Assembly (NCBI GenBank): GCA_016931515.1
Contig: JAFGEQ010000024.1
Span: 31,711-95,710, forward strand
Length of the DNA stretch: 64,000 bases
Direction of reading: 5' to 3'
Source of the DNA: a candidate division CSSED10-310 bacterium
Lineage (GTDB): Bacteria; CSSED10-310
The position numbers were made by a program, and so were the translations under genes. Under the pieces are notes generated by a model that had not been told where the DNA came from, ran no database searches, and worked only from the letters and a program-made list of their open reading frames with translations. Shown piece after piece: positions 8,262-17,549 of this stretch; position 1 is the first letter of the stretch; every line of letters begins with the position of its first letter.

Positions 8262-9437
8262 TCAGTACAGAGGTGAAACAATTGTTATTGGATAGTGGAA
8301 TCCGAGATCGGTATTGAGCCGATCCTGTGATCCGTTGGATCGTGTCGTACCCCTGTTGTCAGGGATGCTTCCACGATCAATACAGGGTGAATTATTACCG
8401 AGCAGGTAGCCTTCTTCAAAAAGCGGATCCTGGGAAATACAGTCGATCAAACGATTGATATTTGCGACTTCGCCACCATCATTACCCCAGACATTGCATT
8501 TGTATACACGCGGTTTGGGATCACAGATCCCTTCCTCAGAAGGTACCACACGAATACCGATACCGGAGTTGGATGCGATGATTGAATTCTCGATAACCGG
8601 CATGTTCGGAGCACCTCTTTCCCAAATGCACACAATACCGTCTCCAATATTGCCCGAAACCGTGTTGACGGAAATACGGGGATTCAGTTCATAAGGGCGC
8701 CAGTCGTATGACTGCCAGCAGAGGATACCGCAACTGTAGTCCCGACCGGCCGTGCCGTTACCGACAACAAGGTTATTGATAATATCGTCGCATGACGAGT
8801 GTGCGCTGATAATACCCACCCAGAAATTGTCCATAACGATGTTATCCCGGACTTCTGAATATGTTTCACAGCAGCAGATACCGATATCATTATTAACACT
8901 GATATTGTACCGCATCGAGGGAGCCTGTCCCAGAGCACCGGACGGACACTCCTGCAGAAAGCCAAAACGGTGACCTGAGACTTTGCAGTTCTGGATTTTC
9001 GCCGGACCGGTAACTGTTATACCCGCAGTGTTCTCCATCTCATCGCCTCGAACGGAGATCTTTTCGAGCGTTGTCAATGGCTTTGGTAACCCGAACGGAT
9101 TGTCAACAGTAAACCCTTCGAAAGTGCTTCCGCTCTGGATTAATACCGTCATCTGGGGACCGTTTACAGGTTCACCGGGTCTACGAATGATCGTCTCATC
9201 AAAACCATCCGTGCTTCGTATCGTCAATATCTTATCGGACGGTACCCGGATTAACTCATTATAAACCCCCGGACCAACAAGAATAGTATCACCTGATTGG
9301 ACACTTTCATCCATGATCGCCTGCTGAATGCTGGAGAAGTCCGATCCATCAGCAGATCCAACCGTCCAAGTTGCGGAAAATGCCGTTGACAAACTGATAA
9401 TCAAAATAACCATTGTTGTAAAAACCATCTTTTTCAT
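8262..9437 (-). CDS. Secreted right-handed parallel beta-helix repeat protein (pectate-lyase/NosD-like fold)
   Basis: Signal peptide 'MKKMVFTTMVILIISLSTAFS'. Repeated short 'N..V.GN / I..N.I..N' beta-helix-type turns. AGGAGG SD. Confidence 0.6.
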   Translation of the reverse strand: MKKMVFTTMVILIISLSTAFSATWTVGSADGSDFSSIQQAIMDESVQSGDTILVGPGVYNELIRVPSDKILTIRSTDGFDETIIRRPGEPVNGPQMTVLIQSGSTFEGFTVDNPFGLPKPLTTLEKISVRGDEMENTAGITVTGPAKIQNCKVSGHRFGFLQECPSGALGQAPSMRYNISVNNDIGICCCETYSEVRDNIVMDNFWVGIISAHSSCDDIINNLVVGNGTAGRDYSCGILCWQSYDWRPYELNPRISVNTVSGNIGDGIVCIWERGAPNMPVIENSIIASNSGIGIRVVPSEEGICDPKPRVYKCNVWGNDGGEVANINRLIDCISQDPLFEEGYLLGNNSPCIDRGSIPDNRGTTRSNGSQDRLNTDLGFHYPITIVSPLY

Positions 9438-9557
9438 CGTCTTTCCTCCTTGTGAAAAGTGTTTTCAGAAAGAAGGAATCAGTTGATGAAGAATTTCGTG
9501 CAGACCCTGATTTTTTTTTGAAGCACACCCAATGACAGGATGAATCAGAAAACAGGA

Positions 9558-9585
9558 AAGCCGGATCCAGGAGTGAATCCGGCTT
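9558..9585 (-). terminator. Terminator-like hairpin downstream of the subtilase-fold gene
   Basis: 9-bp stem AAGCCGGAT (9558-9566) / ATCCGGCTT (9577-9585) with a 10-nt loop. A moderately T-rich tract (TCCTGTTTTCTG) follows on the minus strand. Confidence 0.45.
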
Positions 9586-9627
9586 AAACTCATCGATCGC
9601 AGATTGTAAGACCCTCGGTTCTTAGCG

Positions 9628-12600
9628 CTAATGCCAGCCGAAAGAGAAGGTCCCCAAGTCCCCGAACAGATCCGTGATCTCCGGATTGGTCATGGCTGCA
9701 TACCAGATGATTCCCGAAGCGGTGCCTGTATTCTCGGGCCATGGGAACGACGGCAACACATGGATCGTCAGCAACCCGGGAGGAATGGCTTCGTCATAAA
9801 AATCGAACGCTCCAAATGAAGGAGCAAAGAAATACATGCCGTACACATCCAATATGACGAAAATCGGTATATCGGTATATGTATCCGAACCAGGATTGCA
9901 GACCAATACATCACAATAACATTCCACTCCGGCTGTATACTCATTGGTTGGCATGAACACCGTGCAGCCCAGAACACTGCACTCCGGCGTCGCCGTCGGT
10001 GTGACCGGAGTGTTGGTTGGAGTGACCGGTGTATTTGTCGGAGTTATCGGTGTGTCCGTCGGAGTGACTGGCGTATTCGTCGGTGTAACCGGCGTCGGTG
10101 TCCAAGTCGGTGTCGGAGTTGGCGTGATCGTGGGTGTTCGAGTCGGTGTTGATGTAGGCGGCACTCCTGTTGGAGTATTCGTAACTGTCGGAGTGCGGGT
10201 TGGGGTCCGGGTTGGGGTGGGAGTCGGCGTCGGAGTAACATTAAACCACGACAGAATAGCAGTCAGAATATCGACACGGTCGTTCAGGTCGCCGATCCAC
10301 TCAAACGGCCAGCCGAAAAAGACGGTCCTAAAACCAGCGCCGGTAAAACGGGTTGAATTTGGCTGTCCGGAGACATTATAGCTGAAAGGAGATCCGGTCC
10401 CGCCGGCAGGAAATACATAATCATCAAAAGGTCCTTCATAGGTATCAACGGGCCAGTATGTATACCAGGCATCCGGCCGGGTCATGGTATAGGGACCCAG
10501 GCCATCGCCAATCGGATCGCCGGAATGCCCGACAGGATCCAATTCCGTGATATCATCGGTGACCGATGAGATTCCGAGATAATTCTGCATAAAGGGAGTC
10601 AGACCCATGGAATAATGATAATCCAGAGACGAAATGAACAAATTGAGTTCCGTTTCAAGGCAGTACTGGAGAAAAGACTCATCCTGAGCCTCCACGGGAG
10701 TCGTCCAGTTGTAGCCGGTGAACCAGATGATCGTATCATATCCACCCATCAGATATGTCTGAGGCAGACCGAGCAGCGCCCGATCCCAGACTCCATAAGG
10801 CTCTCCCATGGCGTCCAGCGCGGATGTATAGTAAGGCAAACCCCCACCATTCATCGACGTATAGTCCCAATCGTTATCGATCAGGAGGATGCCATCCCTC
10901 TCACAATCCATCGGGAAATATTCAGGATCACCAAACGGTGGATCATCGCTGACCGTTCGCCCTCCGAATACCCACAATCCCGGCATACCATCATCGGGAT
11001 CAGGCGAACACAACGGGATGAAAACTCCGGCATGATTCCTGCGTGCCGTCAAAAGATCCGGAAATGACTGACTCCAGGTGTCGTTCATGATGTCGTAACT
11101 CATCGCTTCCGTCGACGAGTCCGGCCAGTCACCTCCTCCGACAACATAGACGTGCTGCTGCAGAGGCTTCGCAATACCGGGTACCGCTGCGGAAGAACCC
11201 TGCCCTTCACCCATCGCAACAGGCATTGATGCAAGAACCTGCCAGACCGGAGGACTCACTGAAACATCCAGTACTTCCACGAGGTCGGTCGGAATGATAT
11301 CAGATAGCGTATATTCAACATCTCCGCCCATTGCATAAATTCTGGAACCGACAACTGCTGTCATGATGTATGAGCGTCCTTCACTCATGACCGTCGTCAA
11401 CTCCGTCCACCGGCTTCCGGCAGCAGCCGTCGGGTCGAACGTCCAGGTTCGATTATCGAAGAACGGTCCTGAACTGAGCCATCCACCGAACACATAAATG
11501 ATATCATCCACCACAGCGCAACCGAAGGCTGTTGTAGTCAATCCACCATATTGACCCGGGAATGGATCGGCCGATACGATTTCCACGTCATTCGTTTGAG
11601 GATAGAGCCGCTGAACTGTATCGACATTGGTTGCGGTTGAGACATTGTAACCACCTATTATGTAGATGGCAGGCCCTCGACCGGTTCCGTCATCCATGAC
11701 CAGGTTCGCAGTGTAATTCGATACCGCCTGAGGCATGTCGATTCCTGTATCCGAGAAGGTATCCGTCAGCGGATCGAATCGCCAGATGTCAGCAGAATTA
11801 ACCGAACTTCCGGACCTTCCCCCCGGGAAATAGACCTTGTTGGCCCATACCTCTCCGTCGGGACCGGGAACGAATTCCCCGTCAAACCGGCAGTATTCAA
11901 ACGGTGCATCAGGACCGGATTCCCACGTTTCCCTTGATTGACCGGCTGCAGCAACATTGAGATAGCCGTATCCATACGTATAATCACCTTCCCCGTCAGG
12001 AGGCGCACCGCATGTACCCGGTGTTGATGGATCCGCGCTGTTTTGAAGAATCTGGAAAGTTTCATCGATAAAACCGGTCAGCGAGGGATCATAGGACCAC
12101 AATAATGCGACAGATCCCGCCGTATATGCTGCCGGGAAGCTGGTACCGCTCGATGTACTCCAGGTATCACCGGTCCAAGTTGTCAGGACGGAAACGCCTG
12201 GAGCCGATATATTGGGTTTGGTATACGGATCATGCCCATAGGTTGACGGACCCTGACTGGCGAAGGAGGCTACTGTACGAGTATTATCATGCGCCGTTGA
12301 CTGGAAAGACTCCTGATAGTCACCGGGCGAACTGAGGGTAGCGCAGCCGGCCACAGTACCGGATCTGAAACTCGGAAACATCCCCGCTGCTCTCCAGGCC
12401 TGTACCTGTGCAATAAAAAAATCGTTTCCACTGCCGCTGCTCCAGGGACAGGCAATGATGTGAGGTCGATTGAAAGAACTGCCTCCAGGCGCGATCACCC
12501 AATCCGCACAGGAATTCAGCGCTGCTTCACTGCATGATGGGGATTCGCACCCCTTGCAGGCGATCCATTGGGCACCCGGAGCGATTCCGACCTGGTTCTC

Positions 12601-13317
12601 GATACCAAGGTCATCCGAACCGACCATGACGCCCATCATTCCTGTACTGATTCCATTGTTATCACACATACTTCCGCCGCACACATTGGATGGATCATGC
12701 CAGCAGTCCGGATCCGAAGGGTTGCTGCCGCAATGATACGAAGCGACCAAAGCCGGGTGGTCCCACTCCACACCGGTGCCCACCTCCGCAACCACAATGC
12801 CTTCACCCCTGACTCCGAAGGAGTCCCAGAACAGGTCTGCTCTAATGTCCGGAATGGCCCAGGAAATACTCCGGTCAACCTTGTCACCCACTTCCTGCCC
12901 CTCGATCATGGGCAGATCAATCTGACGCGGTAACCGGAAATGCTCGATCTCCGGATATTGTGCAAGAATCTGAAGTGATTCCAATGTTCCGTCTGTGACA
13001 ATGATGATATTTCCAGCAATAAAAGATTCATACTTGATACCGGATTTATCCAGGCAATCCCGTACTGCGGACTGCTCCCCGCAGGCGATCCGCGTCAGTT
13101 CATCGTAAACGAACTGACCCCGATCATTCCAAGTCATGGAGTAAGCTGCGGATAAATCCGCTTTTTCCGCGAACTGAATGACAAAATCGGATAATCCGTT
13201 CCGACTCATTGAATCCAGAAGATCCGGTTCCACAAGATCAGAATAATCAGCAGCAATTATGGTGCAGAAACTGCAGAAAATCGAACATAAGGAAATAATG
13301 ATTATCGCAATACGCAT
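9628..13317 (-). CDS. Giant secreted subtilase (S8)-fold protein with degenerate catalytic triad, Kelch-type beta-propeller repeats, Pro/Thr-rich linker and Cys-rich C-terminal domain
   Basis: Start chosen at 'MRIAIIIISLCSIFCSFCTIIA' (ATG 13317, AGGAGG SD). S8 motifs 'GIVVAEVGTGVEWDHPAL', 'CDNNGISTGMMG' and 'SGTSFPAAYTAGSVALL'. Kelch-like 'IYIIGGYN', 'IYVFGGW', 'IYAMGG', 'VYVVGGGD' and 'LWVFGG'. PT linker near the C-terminus. Confidence 0.8.
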   Translation of the reverse strand: MRIAIIIISLCSIFCSFCTIIAADYSDLVEPDLLDSMSRNGLSDFVIQFAEKADLSAAYSMTWNDRGQFVYDELTRIACGEQSAVRDCLDKSGIKYESFIAGNIIIVTDGTLESLQILAQYPEIEHFRLPRQIDLPMIEGQEVGDKVDRSISWAIPDIRADLFWDSFGVRGEGIVVAEVGTGVEWDHPALVASYHCGSNPSDPDCWHDPSNVCGGSMCDNNGISTGMMGVMVGSDDLGIENQVGIAPGAQWIACKGCESPSCSEAALNSCADWVIAPGGSSFNRPHIIACPWSSGSGNDFFIAQVQAWRAAGMFPSFRSGTVAGCATLSSPGDYQESFQSTAHDNTRTVASFASQGPSTYGHDPYTKPNISAPGVSVLTTWTGDTWSTSSGTSFPAAYTAGSVALLWSYDPSLTGFIDETFQILQNSADPSTPGTCGAPPDGEGDYTYGYGYLNVAAAGQSRETWESGPDAPFEYCRFDGEFVPGPDGEVWANKVYFPGGRSGSSVNSADIWRFDPLTDTFSDTGIDMPQAVSNYTANLVMDDGTGRGPAIYIIGGYNVSTATNVDTVQRLYPQTNDVEIVSADPFPGQYGGLTTTAFGCAVVDDIIYVFGGWLSSGPFFDNRTWTFDPTAAAGSRWTELTTVMSEGRSYIMTAVVGSRIYAMGGDVEYTLSDIIPTDLVEVLDVSVSPPVWQVLASMPVAMGEGQGSSAAVPGIAKPLQQHVYVVGGGDWPDSSTEAMSYDIMNDTWSQSFPDLLTARRNHAGVFIPLCSPDPDDGMPGLWVFGGRTVSDDPPFGDPEYFPMDCERDGILLIDNDWDYTSMNGGGLPYYTSALDAMGEPYGVWDRALLGLPQTYLMGGYDTIIWFTGYNWTTPVEAQDESFLQYCLETELNLFISSLDYHYSMGLTPFMQNYLGISSVTDDITELDPVGHSGDPIGDGLGPYTMTRPDAWYTYWPVDTYEGPFDDYVFPAGGTGSPFSYNVSGQPNSTRFTGAGFRTVFFGWPFEWIGDLNDRVDILTAILSWFNVTPTPTPTPTRTPTRTPTVTNTPTGVPPTSTPTRTPTITPTPTPTWTPTPVTPTNTPVTPTDTPITPTNTPVTPTNTPVTPTATPECSVLGCTVFMPTNEYTAGVECYCDVLVCNPGSDTYTDIPIFVILDVYGMYFFAPSFGAFDFYDEAIPPGLLTIHVLPSFPWPENTGTASGIIWYAAMTNPEITDLFGDLGTFSFGWH
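9985..10243 (-). repeat. Imperfect ~24-bp tandem repeats encoding the (T-P-V-T-P-T-N/D-T)n Pro/Thr linker
   Basis: Coding repeats 'TPVTPTNTPVTPTDTPITPTNTPVTPTNTPVTPTATP' preceded by 'TPTPTPTPTRTPTRTPT'. The GTGACCGG/GTCGGAGT periodicity is visible in the DNA. Confidence 0.7.
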
Positions 13318-13407
13318 AACTTTCCTCCTGCTGGAAAATTGTTGAAAATGATACGTTATTATCACAATTTTCGCAGAAGGCGTCAAATGCTTCTAATTGC
13401 TGAAAGT

Positions 13408-13941
13408 TCAGGAGAGGATCCGCTGATTTCGCAGCCGGTGATTCGCATGGAGAAAGCGGATCAGAGCGAAGGCCAGTACAATGCTTAGGAGTCCTTGCAT
13501 ACCCAGCATTGCGGAGATGAAAAATCCGGATTCATCCAGCAGCCGTGTCACTTCCGAGTGAATTCCCGGCCATTGAATCAACCCGATCAGTGCGATCAGC
13601 CAGATCTGCCGTCGATTCCGATCAATCAATGATTCAACATCCGTGAAAATTTCGGGTTTGTCCACTGTGTATTCCTGTTTCCAGAAATACCAACCGCATG
13701 ATTTTCCGATCAGCGACCATCCGGCATCTTGGAACAATTGCAAATAGTCCTCTTTAACCTGGTTCTGATAGTCAACTCTATAAGCAACACGTCTCGGAAT
13801 TCCCTGATGGAACACGAATGATACGCCGAGTGAACCGATGTCCACGAGATTCCAGCCGTCCCGTTCCCGCTGCTCAAGCCATCGTTCAATTTTCTCGACG
13901 TTCCAGCCCCACCACCACTTTATTTTTCTGATCCTGTTCAT
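13408..13941 (-). CDS. DUF2812-like membrane protein (typical PadR partner)
   Basis: 'IRKIKWWWGWNVEKIERWLEQRERDGWNLV' N-terminus plus two C-terminal TM helices. Its ATG overlaps the PadR TGA by 1 nt. Confidence 0.6.
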   Translation of the reverse strand: MNRIRKIKWWWGWNVEKIERWLEQRERDGWNLVDIGSLGVSFVFHQGIPRRVAYRVDYQNQVKEDYLQLFQDAGWSLIGKSCGWYFWKQEYTVDKPEIFTDVESLIDRNRRQIWLIALIGLIQWPGIHSEVTRLLDESGFFISAMLGMQGLLSIVLAFALIRFLHANHRLRNQRILS

Positions 13942-14270
13942 CACACGATACCCTCCATCGCCAAATGACCATTCTTCAACAACTCCTCAAGACGACACAC
14001 CTCCAATCTCAGTACTTCACGACCCAGTGCCGTCAACTCATAAAGCTTTCTCCTGTCAACCTCACCGGAAGCCCTGATAAGTTTCTCCTTCTCCATTTTC
14101 TGCAGACTGCCGTATAACGTCCCCGCTCCCAACTTAATCCTACCCGTCGTAACCCGCTCCACTTCCTGCATGATTCCGTAACCATGCCTTTCTGTGATCA
14201 GAGACAACAAAATGTAGAAAGCCGTCTCAGACATCGGCAGAAATCGCTTGATTTTAGTCCGCTCATCCAT
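13941..14270 (-). CDS. PadR-family transcriptional regulator
   Basis: 'FYILLSLITERHGYGIMQEVERVTTGRIKLGAGTLYGSLQKMEKEKLI' winged-helix signature. Start set at 'MDERTK', which has a GGGAGG SD 8 nt upstream. Confidence 0.85.
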   Translation of the reverse strand: MDERTKIKRFLPMSETAFYILLSLITERHGYGIMQEVERVTTGRIKLGAGTLYGSLQKMEKEKLIRASGEVDRRKLYELTALGREVLRLEVCRLEELLKNGHLAMEGIV

Positions 14271-14326
14271 GATCGATACCTCCCGGTGCATCGCACCTAT
14301 ATCACAACGCGGTGCATCACATCGTG

Positions 14327-14347
14327 ATATATCGCGACGCGATATAT
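14327..14347. promoter_or_regulatory. Perfect 21-bp palindrome (candidate PadR operator) in the PadR / RND divergent region
   Basis: ATATATCGCG-A-CGCGATATAT. It partly overlaps a second inverted repeat, TATATCAC (14298-14305) / GTGATATA (14324-14331). Confidence 0.4.
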
Positions 14348-14507
14348 TTTGTCAAGATATTTTTCAACCATTTGCTGATTCGAAACGGATCATCCGATTT
14401 TTTTTGTTACCTTCCGGCTTCTCTTTCGTCGGATATGTCGCGCCGGTCGATTCCCGATCAGCCCCTCGGAGTCCGGCATTGTTTTTTTATGTGGAGGATA
14501 ATTTAGC

Positions 14508-17500
14508 ATGAATCGATTAACTCTAACTGATTTCAGTCTGCGCCATCCATTGTTTGTTATTCTGGCCGTTTTGCTGGTTACAGTTCTGGCTGCTTTACAG
14601 TTTCCGAACGTTCACTTCGATAATGATCCGGAAAATATGCTGTCGGAGGATGAATTTGTTCGCTTGTTCCATCATGAAACAAAGCAGAAATTCGGACTGT
14701 ACGATTTTGTGATCGTCGGTATTGTGAACGAAGACAATCCCGATGGTATTTTTAATGTGGAAACGCTTCAGCGAGTCGATCTTCTTACGCATCAGCTTCT
14801 CAGTCTGAGGAAGGGATCAAACGGGTTAGGCGAAGTTATAACCGATCGCAGCGGGACTGCCTGGAAAACTGTTGATCTCAATCCGACAAGTCAGTTCAAA
14901 CGTTTGATGAATATTGCATTCAGGCATAATCCTAACCGGATGTTCGATGCAGACGGCAACAGCGCCGTTATCGGCCAGGAGCTGATGAGTCCCAGTGTGG
15001 TGGACAACATCAAGCAGGCCGGCATGGGATCACTGAAGCTGGAATACTTGATGGAGCACGTTCCGACAACGCGTGAGGAAGCTCTAGTTATTCGGGATGA
15101 TGCGATGAACAATCCTCTTTTCAAAGGAATTCTCGTTTCTGAAGACAGCAAGGCCGTCTGCATTTATGTACCTATCTCAGAAAAATCGTTCAGCTACAAT
15201 GTGGCCGCTCTCGTCACTGAACTGACGAAGAGCTGGACCGGATCCGATAAGGTCCATATTGCCGGACTGCCGGTCGCCGAGGACACGTTCGGCGTGGAGA
15301 TGCTTGTTCAGATGGCAACGTCCGCGCCGTTGGCAATGCTCATTCTTTTCATTATCATGCTCGTCTTTTTCAGGCGTATCGCCTTGATTATACCGCCGCT
15401 GCTGCTGGCGGTGATCACTGTTGTCTGGAGTATGGGTTTGTTGATCGGTCTGGGATTCGATGTGCATATTATGAGTTCGATGATACCAATTTTCATCATG
15501 CCCATTACTGTTTGTAACTCGATTCATGTTTTGAGCGAATTCTTTGACTCGTATCGCCGGTTCCAGAACAAGACCACGGCTCTTAAGCACGTCATGCATG
15601 AACTCTTCATGCCGATGCTCTACGCGACGATAACCACAATCGCCGGATTTGCATCTCTTGCCACCACGCCAATACCGCCGGTTCGTATATTCGGTTTACA
15701 TGTGGCGTTCGGCGTCACCGCAGGCTGGTTGCTGACGATGACATTCGTTCCGGCATTCATTAAAATGTTCATCTCGGAAAAATCCCTTCAAAAGCTTTGT
15801 GCCGTCTCATCCGGTGCGGATGGATGCGAAGTCAACATCGGACTAATGGGCCGGGCAATGAGATGGATGGGGATCATGACATATAAACGTTCGACGGCGA
15901 TCTTGTTCATCACGGTTCTGGTCATGGGTTTCTCGATTTTCGGTATCTCCCTGATCAAGGTGAACGACAACCCCGTCAAGTGGTTTACCGAAGATCACCC
16001 GCTTAGGATCGCCGACACGGTGTTGAATGATCACTTCGATGGAACATACACCGCCTATCTGACCCTGTCGGGCACTCCGAACCAGACCAAAACGTGCCGG
16101 GAAGAAGCTGCCGCTATTCGCAACGAGGCTAAAGCTCGGTTCGAAACACTTTTACCTGATGCCACTCGAATGTTTCTGTCCGATATGGATCAGGTTGAAT
16201 CCAATTTCAATCGAGCGAATCAGAGCGATCCCAACCGCTGTTTTGTCGAACTCACAAAACGGGCAGCGGATATTGACCGGCAGTTTGGCTCGTCATGGAC
16301 CAACCTTGCCGATGGTGTGAATTATCTTGATTCTGAGAATTTAACATTTGATATTTTGAAGCAGAAGGTTCTCGCAATAGATGGCGTAAAAAAAGAAGAC
16401 TCAGATGTTTTGATGCAAAAGCTTGAACCGCACTCTTCCTTGACTGGAACGGAGTTGTTGAACGCCGCACTTGCTGTCTGCGATAATTTTACTGCGTTAT
16501 CATTCGAAGAATTCGTGTATGAGATGAAAGCTGAAGTAACAGCGCCGGTATTCAAACGTCCTGAAGTGTTGAATTACATTGAGCGCTTGCAGGAAAACCT
16601 GATGCAGCAAGGCAAGGTAGGCAAGACCACGTCTGCTGTCGATGCGTTGAAAAAAGCATCATACGAACTCAACTACTCAGCGATTGAACCAGGTATGAGT
16701 CAACAGCAGATCGAGCAACGTGATCAGATGAACAAGGAATTTTACAGTATTCCCGATTCGTCGGCGGCGATCGGACAGGTGTACATTCAATTGGAAGGAA
16801 TGAAGAAAAAGGATACGTTGTTTCATTTAGTCAGCAGGGATTACGAGGAAGCCAACATCTGGGTTCAGCTGACGAGCGGTGACAACCAGGACATGAATGA
16901 TGTAGTTCTGGATGTTCAGCGTTTTATCAGCGAGAATCCTCCACCGGTTCCGCTGAATGCTCAGTGGGCCGGACTGACATACCTCAATGTCGTCTGGCAG
17001 GAAAAAATGGTTCTCGGAATGTTGTCTTCACTCGCCAGCAGTTACATTGTCGTTCTTGTCATGATGCTGATCCTCTTCCGGTCAGGCTGGTTTGGATTAC
17101 TTTCGATGGTACCGCTGACTGTGACAATCACTTTCATCTACGGACTGATCGGGTGGGTCGGCAAGGATTATGATATGCCGGTGGCAATTCTATCCGCTAT
17201 GACCCTGGGGTTGAGTGTCGATTTCGCGATTCACTTTCTGGAGCGAGGCCGTGAAATGTATAAGCGAATGGGCAACTGGATGGAAACCAATGCGGGGATG
17301 TTCAATGAGCCGGCAAAAGCCATCAGTCGAAATGCGATTGTCATTGCCCTTGGTTTTACACCGCTGCTTTTGGCACCTTTGGTGCCTTACCGTACCGTCG
17401 GATTTTTCCTGGCAATGATCATGCTGTTGTCCTGGCTGGCAACATTGCTCATCCTGCCCGCTCTCATCAGAAAATTGGAAAACCGGTTGTTTAATAATAA

Positions 17501-17549
17501 AATGAATGCCTCAATCAATGGGACTCACGAAAAGGAAGGTGTGAAATGA
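14508..17549 (+). CDS. RND-superfamily (MMPL/HpnN-like) transporter
   Basis: 1013 aa with two blocks of ~6 TM helices, each preceded by a large soluble loop. Typical RND TM motifs such as 'GLSVDFAIHFLER'. GGAGGA SD. Confidence 0.8.
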   Translation: MNRLTLTDFSLRHPLFVILAVLLVTVLAALQFPNVHFDNDPENMLSEDEFVRLFHHETKQKFGLYDFVIVGIVNEDNPDGIFNVETLQRVDLLTHQLLSLRKGSNGLGEVITDRSGTAWKTVDLNPTSQFKRLMNIAFRHNPNRMFDADGNSAVIGQELMSPSVVDNIKQAGMGSLKLEYLMEHVPTTREEALVIRDDAMNNPLFKGILVSEDSKAVCIYVPISEKSFSYNVAALVTELTKSWTGSDKVHIAGLPVAEDTFGVEMLVQMATSAPLAMLILFIIMLVFFRRIALIIPPLLLAVITVVWSMGLLIGLGFDVHIMSSMIPIFIMPITVCNSIHVLSEFFDSYRRFQNKTTALKHVMHELFMPMLYATITTIAGFASLATTPIPPVRIFGLHVAFGVTAGWLLTMTFVPAFIKMFISEKSLQKLCAVSSGADGCEVNIGLMGRAMRWMGIMTYKRSTAILFITVLVMGFSIFGISLIKVNDNPVKWFTEDHPLRIADTVLNDHFDGTYTAYLTLSGTPNQTKTCREEAAAIRNEAKARFETLLPDATRMFLSDMDQVESNFNRANQSDPNRCFVELTKRAADIDRQFGSSWTNLADGVNYLDSENLTFDILKQKVLAIDGVKKEDSDVLMQKLEPHSSLTGTELLNAALAVCDNFTALSFEEFVYEMKAEVTAPVFKRPEVLNYIERLQENLMQQGKVGKTTSAVDALKKASYELNYSAIEPGMSQQQIEQRDQMNKEFYSIPDSSAAIGQVYIQLEGMKKKDTLFHLVSRDYEEANIWVQLTSGDNQDMNDVVLDVQRFISENPPPVPLNAQWAGLTYLNVVWQEKMVLGMLSSLASSYIVVLVMMLILFRSGWFGLLSMVPLTVTITFIYGLIGWVGKDYDMPVAILSAMTLGLSVDFAIHFLERGREMYKRMGNWMETNAGMFNEPAKAISRNAIVIALGFTPLLLAPLVPYRTVGFFLAMIMLLSWLATLLILPALIRKLENRLFNNKMNASINGTHEKEGVK

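Noticed and set aside
9985-10243. Periodic DNA repeats, considered as a possible CRISPR-like or satellite array
   Set aside because: The units are imperfect and contiguous, with no spacers. They lie in frame within a long ORF and encode a PT linker, so this is not a CRISPR array.
9944-10381. A Gly/Val-rich 145-aa ORF that could be mistaken for a repeat protein
   Set aside because: It is the reverse-complement reading of the Pro/Thr linker repeats of the subtilase-fold gene and is an artefact of the repeat composition.
13318-13386. A 23-codon N-terminal extension of the subtilase-fold ORF
   Set aside because: The internal ATG at 13317 is preceded by AGGAGG and starts a typical signal peptide. 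The extension has neither feature.
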